A stretch of DNA of 64,000 bases from contig NW_024704743.1 in NCBI RefSeq assembly GCF_018977255.1, positions 54,996,001 through 55,060,000 on the forward strand. Direction: 5' to 3'. Within the stretch, counting starts at the first letter, position 1. Every line of letters starts with the position of its first letter. The position numbers and the translations under genes are program-made. Under the pieces are notes generated by a model. The model was not told the DNA's origin. It made no database searches and saw only the letters and a program-made list of their open reading frames with translations. This stretch comes from Callorhinchus milii (lineage: Eukaryota). This document shows positions 39,490 through 50,833 of this stretch, in pieces.

Positions 39490-42400
39490 AATATTCACAT
39501 TCAGTGAGCTTTTATTACAATATTGAAGTTTTACAAACTTCACTGAAGGTCAGTGAGGTTACTACAAATGTTATCTTAGAAACATGTACAGTGTGTGTGG
39601 ACATAGCAAACTGTGAGCAAATCCATTAGAAACAAAAGTCAAAATAAACTTACAAGAAACTGTTTACAGTAATACTGTTTTTTTAAAACATCACTTTAAC
39701 AAAAAAGACTGGAGAGCAAAGAGAGCAGAATTCAAACTGAGGTGTACTTCCAAACCTTTATGGTGCTTGTGCAGTCACCAGTGCACTTGCATATACCATC
39801 TCACTGTGTACTACTAAGGCTCAGCTGCTGCAAGTATAGACCAAAACACTAATAAGCTGTTACGCATATAAATGCTTACAATAAGCCAGTACTGGCAGTA
39901 CTGAATGCTTGGCACTTAGTAATATGGTATTTTTTTTAATTTGGCTTAGTAGACTAATGTCTATAACATGATATAATTAATAAACAGTACTTTTGTACAA
40001 TATGATGCTATCCCTTTAAACCTCTATTACAGTGTTTGTAGACTTAGCTACTGTTTATCACATTCGCATACCTTATAGGGCTTAGTTTCAGCAAACCCCT
40101 CATTTCTCAGTTCCAAAATGCAGGAGCCAGTCTTTAGTATTGCAAACTGTATTGTTTCTCATTCTGTTAGAAATGAGGTGCATCAGTCTTTTCGTTGCTC
40201 TCGACGAAGTCACGTTTAATGGTTGGTAGTGTTGAAGGGGAGCATCAGGTTGTTCACTTTTCACATGGTGAGACTAATTTAGACCAGACAATGCTAATGA
40301 GCTTCAACTGTCATAAAAATTTAATTCATTTCACCCCTTAACAGCAGAAAGGGATCGGCAACCCATATTCTCATCCTACTGAGTTAATCTAAGCCAAAGC
40401 CACATTGGTGAGTCTCTAAGAGCATGATTTCAAAAGGGCACAATCTTCACAAAAGTACTTGCAAATCTATTTTGAGAAGTGGAAAGAAACAGACGAACAA
40501 AGCCTAATTTCAGCGCAAGGAAATCACAAACAAGCACTGCTAGTGCACTTGAGATGACCTATAATAGTTTAATAAGATGTTCAGACGGATAAAATTTCTG
40601 TAGGTTTGCTCAATTATCTTTTCGAATCACATTATCATGCAGACCTTCCCCTAGGCAAGAGAGAGGGTGTGTGGACTATACGGTCAAATAATTTTTCAAG
40701 AAGATGGTGCCCATAAAACCATTACACACCTTTTATTTAAACTAAACCAAATAAATCCATAAGCATAGCTAAGTCTATCTGCTGTATCTAAGAGAGGAAT
40801 ATTTAAAATGCATTCTAACTTTCTTGCCTCATCTCCCACAAAAATATTCTCCCTTAGATTGGTTCTGTGTTTCAAGGCATATCTTTTCAAATCCTACTCT
40901 GAAGATTGTGTGCAACTTAAAGCATTTATTGCTCCAAGGATTACAAATGCTTCTGACCCTGAAACACACACAGACTGGTTCTGCTACTGAGCAATAAGCA
41001 AACTAAAATCATGCGACACCCAGATCATTTCCCCTTCCATGTAAAATGGGTAACAAGCAAGGGATGAACCGGGTGAATATTCAAAAAAAAACTATTACTC
41101 TGGCATATTACAGTATTTTGGTTTATGCTTACGAAACCGGCAACGTTTAAAAATGTAATAAATGTGTTTTAAAATATAATTATCTTCAAAAGGACAATTT
41201 TGTTCAGAATATATAAATTACATAATACACACTAAAATGTGTCAAATTGAACATGTACAAAATCAGTAACAATTATTCAAAATAAAGGTACATTTTGCAC
41301 CAATATTGATGTTTTTGCAAGTCTACAAAACCTGTTCGATAAAGTAATTGTATTAAAAAGTACTTTTCTTTCTTTGATAAACTGCAAAATGTAGCTTTTA
41401 ATAATTAAAGCAAACTTGCTGTTGTAGTCATCTTTACTGCTCACTGAATCAATAAGAGCTTTTACAGTTAAGTATTAGTTATTTTTTCTCCTGAAGAGTG
41501 CAATATACCAGGGATAGGTATGTTAACTGAGGCTGAATGTGTACAGCACGCCTTTGCCAGGTTTACGAAAGTGCTGGGAAAAAAATTCTAAATATTTTGT
41601 AAATAAAGTAATTTTTTTTTGACAAAATAATCCATAATTACTGTCTTCCTGCTAAATGCTGCAAATGTGCCATAAGAAACAAGGGCTGACATATGTCAAC
41701 ACCTGTGCCTGTGAAACAGCCAATTTACACAAACTATACAGTGGCTCATGGGATCAGGCACAGGTTCTCAAAGAGGTAAAACAAAATCCTTTCTGGATAA
41801 AGAGACATCACTGCATTGCATAATCATAGGCTTAGCCTCCACCCAATCTACCCACAGCCCATCTCTTTAATGGGAGCCAGGAGGGAAACGGCCTAAGGAG
41901 GATCATAGCCAGACCTCTAAGCAGCCCCAACCCCATCACCCACGGGACCCTTCTTGCCTCTCTCCCAACTCCCCGGGGTGCCCGCCTACTTCTGGTCTGG
42001 CGGGCCACTCGTCAGGGTGTCCTCACCTCTCATTGGTCAATGGACCTATCAGTCAAGTCAAGCCTGGTTTAAAGACGACTGACCCTGGTCAAAGAGTATT
42101 CTCACCAGCCCCGCCCCCTATGTGCATTGTAATAGGAAATTGATATGATGTTCTCTTTCGCAGAAATAATTTACGATACTGGTTTAACTTTGAGACGATG
42201 CACTGTAAAAACAAATTCTCTGTTTGTCTGGAAAGTAAAATAGATGTCCACAGGTAGAATATGTGCAGTAATGCAACTTATTTAAGCAGGGAAATGAAAG
42301 TGAGGGTGGTGGGGAGGGAGGGGGAAAAGAGGTGTGGTATAACATCTTTGATGCTTAAATAAAATATACATTTTATGTAATTTTATCTACTATGCATACT

Positions 42401-43615
42401 ATAAATGGAGAGTATACAGTGGAATACCTATTGTATTCAGTAAATCAAAATCTTCACAACAAATCTAACTGAAGTCAGAATAGTTAACAAAAGGTAACTA
42501 AAATGAATTTATTCCACTGTTCCCCATATTTATCCAGAGGGGCTAATTCTTTAAAAGTTTTACAGAGCATTACAGCAGCTCTGCAGGCTACTTTAAATCA
42601 TTCCCATTATGTCAATGTGAACTGAGAGCTACCCTTCTGAATAGATTCTTTAAATCAGGTTAAGCATTTAACGCTGAGTTCTTAAGTCTCAAGTATTATT
42701 ACCTTCCATGGAGTTAGGGAGCTCGCACAACCTTTAGGTCCATCAAATAGAGAAAAATAAGTTTAAACGTAACCAAATGTCTTTCCCTGTTCACTGCCAG
42801 CCACTGTACAGACAAATGAAAAATTGGTTTTATGGCTTTGGTTCCGTACAGCGGATTGTACAGCAAAGCATAATACTACTGCCTAAAGATTTACAGCAGT
42901 GGGGGAGAGAAGGGGGAAATTATAGTCATGATCTTATCATGCAGACAGGATGCTTTCATAGCATGTTCGTGTATGTGAACGTAACCTGCTTACATCCAAA
43001 ATATGAAGACACACGTATAAAATAATTTTCTTTGTAGGAAGTAAAAATACAGATCTTACATAATGATAGTTTGTAATTATATAAAATTAGCTCCAACTGT
43101 ACAGTCCTCACGCACTCTGGGCCAAACACTTAGTTGTGGGATGCAACCTCCGAGAGACCGTGTCCAATTAGCCAAAACTTGATCTTGCAGAACCTTTACC
43201 GATCTTTCATGATGGGTTGGACCTAATTACTGGGATGAATGTGCATGTGCCAAAATTGATTTATTTCAAATGAATACTCTGTGCCAAGGTCCTAGGACCC
43301 CCGCCCCTACTCCCCCCAAATCTAACAGAACATTACCAAAGAATTTAATGTCCGTGAAGGAAGAACTTCATATTTCACGCAAAATCTGAGCAAAAACACA
43401 CATGCACTTTTAGTGCAAAACAAAGAATCAATATCATCCATAACAGAGTATAAGGTCCAATTTAAAATCCAGCACAGTGCAGTCTTTTGCGCCTTATAAT
43501 TCTTCAGTTTTAGAAGCTCCTTGTCCCTTCACATTCTGCATACTTTCCAGCTGTCCTTCAGCTGGCAGTATTCAAACCATCATGTTTGACACAGGATGGT
43601 AGTCCTTGTATTCAT
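39490..43615 (-). other. AHR: Probable long AHR 3'UTR (~4.1 kb)
   Basis: Follows the stop codon, is AU-rich, and lacks the SINE/LINE tails found every 1-2 kb elsewhere in the window. The 3' end is inferred from the polyA signal. Confidence 0.6.
39511..39516 (-). terminator. Candidate AHR polyadenylation signal AATAAA
   Basis: Minus strand reads ttgtAATAAAagctcactg, with UGUA elements upstream and a U/GU-rich tract downstream, near the edge of the repeat-free block. Other AATAAA hexamers exist at 43260, 42508, 40925, 40732 and 39161. Confidence 0.5.
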
Positions 43616-43774
43616 CTACATAAAGCCACTGTTTGGTTGGTTTGAGTAGACTTGAGTAGATTTTCCTGGATGATGATTAAGAGGCTGAGAGTTTAACGAT
43701 GGGTAATTCACGTTGTTGAAGGAGCTTGGATAGATTTCAGTACTGTTTACATCAATGTATCCAGTTTCGATCTG
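43616..43774 (-). CDS. AHR: AHR terminal coding exon equivalent to exon 11
   Basis: Phase-0 acceptor ctttacctcag|CAG ATC. Translates to QIETGYIDVNSTEIYPSSFNNVNYPSLNSQPLNHHPGKSTQVYSNQPNSGFM*, resembling the mammalian AHR C-terminus (ETYPAELNNIN...QPLHHP...SSGFL*). TAG at 43618-43616. Confidence 0.9.
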   Translation of the reverse strand, partial: QIETGYIDVNSTEIYPSSFNNVNYPSLNSQPLNHHPGKSTQVYSNQPNSGFM

Positions 43775-44413
43775 CTGAGGTAAAGATAAGCAAAGCGCCT
43801 TTCAGTAGATGCATACCAAATGTCAGGCCCATCTAACTACCCATTTCGACAATTAGATTTATCATTTAGCATATACATTTAGTACGTTCAGCATAGAACA
43901 AAAATTCAGTCACAAGGGTTCTTTTGTTCAATAGTACTTTTAACTTCACAATGAGCTGTTTAAAAATAAAATGTGGATGTTAGAAAATTGTTTTTAAAAC
44001 CTCAAAAATGTGCCACACATAAACCAGCATCTGGGGAAAAAAGGTGAATGCTTTATGTCTGCAGTGTCAGTTCCTTTGAATGTGAAACATTAATCTATCC
44101 ATTATTCCCTTTCAGGTGCAGATTGACCTGCTGTGGGGATAATGGTGGTTTGATATCAGAGTCTCATTGTACAGCATGCGGCTGGCAGGAACATTGGTCA
44201 ATACACTCAGTGCAGTACATACAAGGCAGCACAGATAGAATTAAAATGATAAGTAACAAAATGTATGCAGTAGAACCTAACTAATCCAGTCATCCAAGTG
44301 ACTGGACAAAAGTGACCTACTTGGTGAGGTGACCTGATTACTGAAACAGGTTGGGTGATTCAGGTCACTGATGTAATATTAAGGGCATTGCTAATGGGCA
44401 AGGTTCTTTTTAA

Positions 44414-45099
44414 CCATTATACAGTATTCGTAGGAGACTCAACCCTTTCCCCCCCACACACATGCTTGTGGTAGCTGTGGCAGCAGGGGCTTGAGTCACT
44501 GACCATGTAATGACTGAAGTGAGCTCGCCCGGCTTTTTCGAGGCACTTTATTTTGTGAACCTACAGGTGAGAATTGAAACAAACTGATCATTCCTAAATT
44601 GAAACAAACTGATTTCATGTAGAGCAATGAAAAGAGACAATTTTGATCCCACCCATTTTGTCATTCCAAACTAAAACCAAAGTCCTAGAGGCAAAAAATT
44701 AATATCTACCAAATTTCACCAATTATCGAAACTTTTGGCGAGTGTCACCAGAAATGTCAAATTAGAAAAAATTATAATTCCTAACTCTGAAATATCACTT
44801 TGAGAGTATTAGTTTGAACTCGGATTGTATTAAAGGATTTGCTAGCTGTTTCAAATCAGCCTAGCCTCTTTCTGCAGTGTGGAGCAGTTTTGTTTCTTTC
44901 AAGTCTACAAAGTCCTATTTGAACCAGAGACTTTAACTTTAAAACTCTGTAAATATTGCAACTTACAATTAGTGCTGCTTGAATGCACTTTGAGCTTTTT
45001 TACTTACAATATCTGCTCCATCACAAAATTGTTAGTATGCTTCCACAAGCATATGTGTGGGAGGAAAGGGTTGAGTCTCCTACGAATACTGTATATTGG
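44414..45099. mobile_element. Non-autonomous DNA transposon (piggyBac-like MITE) in the last AHR intron
   Basis: Structure is TTAA|CCATTATACAG...CTGTATATTGG|TTAA (TTAA at 44410-44413 and 45100-45103). Inverted repeats 44414-44475 and 45039-45099 share a 33-bp perfect core. No transposase ORF. Confidence 0.7.
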
Positions 45100-45248
45100 T
45101 TAAAAATAATTGTTAAAAAGCTCAAGGATGTTAAATGATACATAATTTAGTCAAGATACATTATCACACTTTATAACTACAGTCTTAAAGAAGCTTTAAC
45201 ACCCGCTAAACAATTGCTTCATATGGTATTTTAGCACCAAGTCCTTAC

Positions 45249-46560
45249 CTTGGCTAAAAATTGCTGTTGACTTGAGATTGCAGGATTCAACTGTACAGGA
45301 TTGATACAGGACAAATCATTCTCACATGGGTACATTGTCACGTCCCCTGCATAGAATGCCTGCTGTGTTGTCCCTGAGCCGGTCGTGTTTGCTCCACTGC
45401 AGTCTGGAATTTGTGGGTTTTGCTGTACATTTGAGTACAGGTAATCCTCCAAACCATCAGCTGTGGTATAGTTCCTTGTGTGATAGCTACTAATCGGGAA
45501 GTCTGTTTGTATTAAGTTAGAAGGCTGTGCTGGGAACGCAGCAAGCTGCTGGTGCAAATGAACATCTTGCTGACAGGCTGAGGGGGTAACACTGAGCTCA
45601 GATTTGTACTGGACCTCTTGGGCGGTGCTGTCTAAGCCAGAGAACCCAAACTGTTGCTGACAATTGACAAGTCTTTCATTGCCTGGGTTCCAGTTTGCAA
45701 ACGGTCCATTGACTTGCATATGTTTCATTTTCTGGCATAGCTGCTGCTGCTGATAATAATGTTGCTGCTGCTGCTGCTGGTCTTGCTGCTGATGCTGTTG
45801 ATAATTTTGCTCTTTTTGCTGCTTCTGCTCTTGATGCACTTGCTGTTGAACCATACAACTTGAACTCGGAGTAAGTGGCTTTTGCTGCATGCAGCTAGAG
45901 TACATGCAGTCGGACCTCTTTTTCAATGATTCCTGGACATAGGTTAGAATCTCCTCGTTTAGTGATATGTCATTTATATCTCCAGCTTCATCCAGATAAT
46001 CCCAATTAACTCTCAGGAACGTCTCATCCCGCTGTATGAGGTCAAAGTCTTCCAGCCCAATTCCAAGACTTTTCATAGTGTTATAAAGATCACTGCCAAT
46101 GTTATTTGCCAAAAAGTCTAAATTCTCTTCAGCAGGGGCGAAGGTGGCTTCATCCTGAATGCAGTCGGTGGGCTGTTTCTTCCCAATCCTGTTCTTTCCA
46201 CTGAACAGAACATCCTCCCAATCACTGGGAACAATATCGTTTTGTTCTGCATCTTTGCTCTCATTGCAAATGTTTTCAAAGGAAATATTGCAATTTTGTG
46301 ATGGAGCAGAGACATATACAGATCTGTCCTGCTGAAGCATGGCACCAAGAAGCGAGCTTGGATCGATAGATTCCTGTCCCCTTGAAGATGTTTCTTTGAG
46401 AGCTGTTAATTTTCCGGTCATTACTTTGATTTTATTGTGTGAGGGATCCATCAATCCGAGCAATGAAAAGCTTCCTTCATATAGCAACGCCTCCCCAGTG
46501 GCAAAATTAAAGGGCAACTGCAATGCTCGTTTCCTCAAATGCTCTTCCCCTTCTTCTGCT
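45249..46560 (-). CDS. AHR: AHR large exon equivalent to exon 10 (transactivation domain: acidic, Q-rich, P/S/T)
   Basis: Reads gtcttcag|A GCA GAA...GCC AAG|gtaagg, 1312 nt, open frame (ORF track 45231..46538). Contains EEGEEHLRKR, LPFNFATGEALLYE, DPSSLLGAMLQQDRSVY, EILTYVQESL and LCQKMKHMQVNG. Confidence 0.97.
45741..45850 (-). repeat. AHR: Coding CAG/CAA-rich polyglutamine region of AHR
   Basis: (CTG)n runs on the plus strand encode QQQVHQEQKQQKEQNYQQHQQQDQQQQQQHYYQQQQ. Confidence 0.9.
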
Positions 46561-46849
46561 CTGAAGACGTAAGAAAAACAACTTTGTTACAAGAATGCAT
46601 TTAATATGTGCAAGGATTCAAAATACACTGTATTCACAAAAGGATTCATAAACAATGAAAAGCCTAACAGCAGACATATTCACCAGGTCCACAACATAAT
46701 TCTTCCTGCTACCAAGGATTAATACATGTCCCATCCTGGCTCATTGAGTCAGAAGGTTGTGGGTTCAAGCCCCACATCAGGATTTATAGGAACATAGGAA
46801 CAGGGGTAAGGCATTCAGCCGTTCAAGCTTGTTCCGCCATTCTTGTTGC

Positions 46850-47232
46850 GGAGTCCTGTAGCTCAGTGGTTAGAGCACTCGCCTCGCGAATGAGAGCCCT
46901 GGGTTCGATTCCCGGTAGGGCGAAATGTTGGGCAAGTTTCCTTACTCCACATGCATCTGTTAACCTAGCAATAAGTAGGAACCAGTTGTTAGTCAATTGG
47001 CAGAATGCTTTTCCGGGGGTAATAATTCCTTTTTAAAAAAATAATAATAATGAATTCAGTCCAGTCACTTCAACCTACGACTGTTTGTGGAACACTGCTG
47101 TGCGCAATTGGCTGCTGCATTTCACCCACAAATATACTGTCAATTCACTTTACAGTATATTCTGTCAAGCGTTTTGAGACGTCTCGAAGATGTAATAAGG
47201 CTCTATATCCAATGCAAGGATTAATATTATTC
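46850..47232 (+). mobile_element. tRNA-Ala SINE, long subfamily (AHR intron 9), inserted into a CR1 3' remnant
   Basis: Same head with CGC anticodon, plus an extra ~60-bp segment ctgttaacctagcaataagtaggaacc that the short copies lack. Confidence 0.88.
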
Positions 47233-48986
47233 TATTAGATCATGGCTGATTTAAACCTCAACTCCAATTACTATTGTTCCCACGCAAAAGCATTGCATGA
47301 TGCCAACTCCACCAGATTCAGTACAATACAATTTACATTTACATAGCGCCTTTCTTGTTGGGAGGACATCTTGAAAGGAGAATCAACGTCAGAGCTGTGA
47401 TTATAGTGGGGAAGGTGATGCTCTTGTCAGCTAATATACTGGAATGGTCCCAAACCAGTCAAATGTCTTTAATGGCCAAGGGTTAGAGGAATTCCTGAGG
47501 GTGGGGAGACTTCCCAGTTGATTCTTCACTCGTCCCGTTTGTGAGGAGGAGAAACTCGCTTCTTTTTTCAAACAGTATCATGGGATCTTTAATGTTCACC
47601 TGAACTTTCATCCAAAGGAGAGAAGTTCTGACAATGAAGCGCTTATCCAACACTGGACTAAAATGTCAGCATAGACTGTAAGCTTAAAGTCCTGAAGTGG
47701 GGATCAAACCCAAAACCTTTTAATGCTGAGGTGAAGTTCTATGAAGAACTTGACTCTAATTATATCCTCAGCTGCAAGAAACAAGCTTACTTCTTTGCAG
47801 CTAGCACTGCCTTCCAATGGAGCTTGTATTGTGTAGGTGAAGATAAAATACAATGACAGCACAAGTCATGTGGGCTGCTCTCAGAAACACCATGGATAGC
47901 TTTTGTGGCTCCATCGGAGATCAGGTTTTCAGCCTATCTGCCTCCACTCTCCGGAGTCCCTCCAACTCATTTCCTCCCTCATATCTTTCAAGGTCTGCCT
48001 CAAGACCTTTCATCTTTCTCCTACCCTAACCACCCACTCGACTCCCACCCCTATCGTGGGTGCCAAACCAGAACTTTTAAGCACCTTGGGATATTCTCAA
48101 GATATGACAGACATTATATAACTCAAATTTGCATTGCATTGTGTACAGAATGGAAAGAGTCACATTAGTTCAGTAGGAAGCACTCTTGATTCTGACCTGG
48201 AAGTGGCTCTATGCCAAAAATAGACAAACTATTAATTTGCCAGCATTGACATCCCTCATCTAGATGAGCTCCTAAATATTTTCTTGAGAATAATAGACAC
48301 ATGCACATCTTACCAAAGGTGTGCTACTGTTCTAAATTTAACTGTAAAGCCAATTTATCAAGATACATATACAGCAATGTTTCCAGACTGCAGAAAAGAT
48401 AGGTGGACCTCAAACAAATCAACAAGTTAAAACAACAAAAGATCTTTTTTCCTATATGGGTAACAGCGTGGGCTATTGCCAGTAAAGTTTAAAAAAAAGG
48501 GCAAACACCAGAGCAAGACCTTATTTATGGCACACTGGGGAAAGGCCATCTGATAAAGTTGCCTTTGTATTGACACAGTTCATTAAAGGACTTTAGGTGA
48601 AACTCTTCCCTCCCTCTTGTTCTCTGCCCCCATCCCAATGTATGATGATTGAACGTTCCTGTTTGCATGTAGAGGCTAAATAAAGAAGAATCAGAGTCAA
48701 TTTTTTTAGTATTTGCTTAAACCAAACAGTAATAGTTGCAGTTCCTTTCAACTAGTGATCCCCTGGTGTTCTGGCCTATAATCCTTCAATAATCCATCGG
48801 TCAATAACTTTGTGAGCCACCGCTGTGCACAAATTGGCTGCTGCAGGTTCCTACAAATGCACTTTAAAACAATTACCTGTGAAGGATTCTAAACATGATT
48901 AAAATACGAGAAATCTATTTCATTCTGGATCTCTTCAAAAGCTTCCGTAAGACTTGATTTCAATGTAAATCAGTTTCAGTACTTAC

Positions 48987-49128
48987 GTGAGAGCTCTCTG
49001 TGTGGCGATAATATAATCTGGCCTCCCATTCTTATATCCCAACCGTGCATTGGCCTGCACCCAGGTCCAACCATTCTCTTTGGTCAAGAGTCTGAAAACT
49101 GTCATGCCACTTTCTCCAGTCTTCATCA
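48987..49128 (-). CDS. AHR: AHR coding exon equivalent to exon 9 (PAS-B/PAC)
   Basis: Reads tttcag|TG...CTCAC|gtaagt, 142 nt. Translates to (M)[46 protein letters not shown](T). Not in the ORF track. Confidence 0.97.
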
Positions 49129-50234
49129 CTGAAATTCAGAAAACAATGGGGGAAAGAAATGCAAGTTGTTTGTGTCAGTGCTGCATTTTAAATTGAAGTT
49201 TAAAGTTCCTGGGAGCTGCTTCAACTCTTTTCAGACTGTGTAACTATTATGGTAAATTCAGCCTTAATTTGAAAGCTGGTTTTCCAAATCTAGTTTGAAA
49301 ACAACTAAATTGAAGAATCTTCCACAATTCTTAATTCTTAAGGCAAAATAAATGGTCTTACAGGCTAAGGCTAGATGGAATTTCATCCCACAAATGGAGG
49401 GGAGGTGAGGTTTCAATCTATGGTGTTCCAATTGTTTGATAAAAAATCCACCTTGTTGATAACTAAAGACACCCCCATCTCCCCTCCCACCCCCGCCATG
49501 ACTCCACCACAATGGTTGGCCAGAGGTCAGCATGTTCGAGATTTGGGTTAGTGGTCGACATCCTAATGAAAACAAATTCCGCCAACCAGGAGTCCATTGC
49601 TGCTAATAGTTCAAGGACAGCTTCAGGACCATCCATTGTGTTGGTTACAATCCCCTCCCTAAAAAAATTCAATACAGCCTCCTGTGATGCCTCCCTCCTC
49701 AAATAATTAAAGTTAGCTTCCCGCGATCTTCCACAACATTACAAATGGAATGCCCAAGAAGTTGTAAGGGTCCATTTTTGATTGGAAAAAAAAATCTATT
49801 CTCATCCCAACACTTATACTTCACAAAACAGCCTAAGCATCTGCATTCCAATATGTGTCACTTTCAGATCACTTGTTGACACGATTTACACAGGATTGCA
49901 CACAATTTACACAAGATTTACTTGCGATGACGAGTGTGATTTTCTTGCAGAACACTATGAAAAACGCAGCATAAACTAAGCATTCATATCACAAATTAAT
50001 TACTTAGTACACCACTGATAGCAGCTTGATTTAATGCAGAGCTTACTGAATATAGTCCAATAGATGGACATTGTAAATCATGTAAATAATCAGAATCTTG
50101 CTATTTAAAGACTACAGGTTTAAAGATTAATTTAAAGTTTAAAGAATAAACTAGTGTTTTTATCAACCACTCCCTTAAACACACACACACTATATTGGAT
50201 AGAACTTTCTTCATCATAAGAAAACTACACTTAC

Positions 50235-50344
50235 TTCGCACATGGTTCTCTGCACAATACATCATGTCAGCAGCATGAATAAACTGATAACCAGTTCCTC
50301 GCATGCAGAGCTCAGTGTCTGTGTAGCCGAGGACCAGCTTCCCT
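50235..50344 (-). CDS. AHR: AHR coding exon equivalent to exon 8 (PAS-B ligand-binding domain)
   Basis: Reads ttcctcag|AGGG...CGAA|gtaagt, 110 nt. Translates to (K)[36 protein letters not shown](M). Confidence 0.97.
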
Positions 50345-50833
50345 CTGAGGAAGAAAACAAAAGCAAAGTGAATGTCTCCCGGTATGTTCAATGTTCAAAG
50401 CCAGGTTTGCAAACACAAAGTTCAGTAAATTTTAGTCAAACAAAGTTTTGTATTGAAATTGTTAAAAGTTGTCTTTGCAACAGTAGAACTCATATAAGTC
50501 TTATCTTTATAAATTGTATAATTGCCTAAGTTGTACATTGACTCGAGTCCCATTGAGTTTCCCACCAAAACCCACTTATATTTCTTCACACTGCTTGTAT
50601 TAGTTACCTTTTGACTCATAACTCCGTTGCCCTACCCTCTACTATTCCTGCAATAATGCCTGCCTTGAATCGTAGGAAATGACGTCCTGACTCATCGACA
50701 CATGCAAACTCACTGACCTGTTTCCCAGAATTATTTACAGCAGTCGAATGACTAGGAATCCAGAGAAAAAGACGTATTTACAAACTATTTTCCATTCGGT
50801 CTTTCATAAGCTAACAAAAACCATATTACTCAC

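Noticed and set aside
45231..45248. AHR ending at ...AKVRTWC* as in the ORF track
   Set aside because: A strong donor AAG|gtaagg at 45249 and a homologous terminal exon at 43774-43616 show the ORF simply runs into the intron. The track's 'M' start at 46538 is an internal TTG (Leu).
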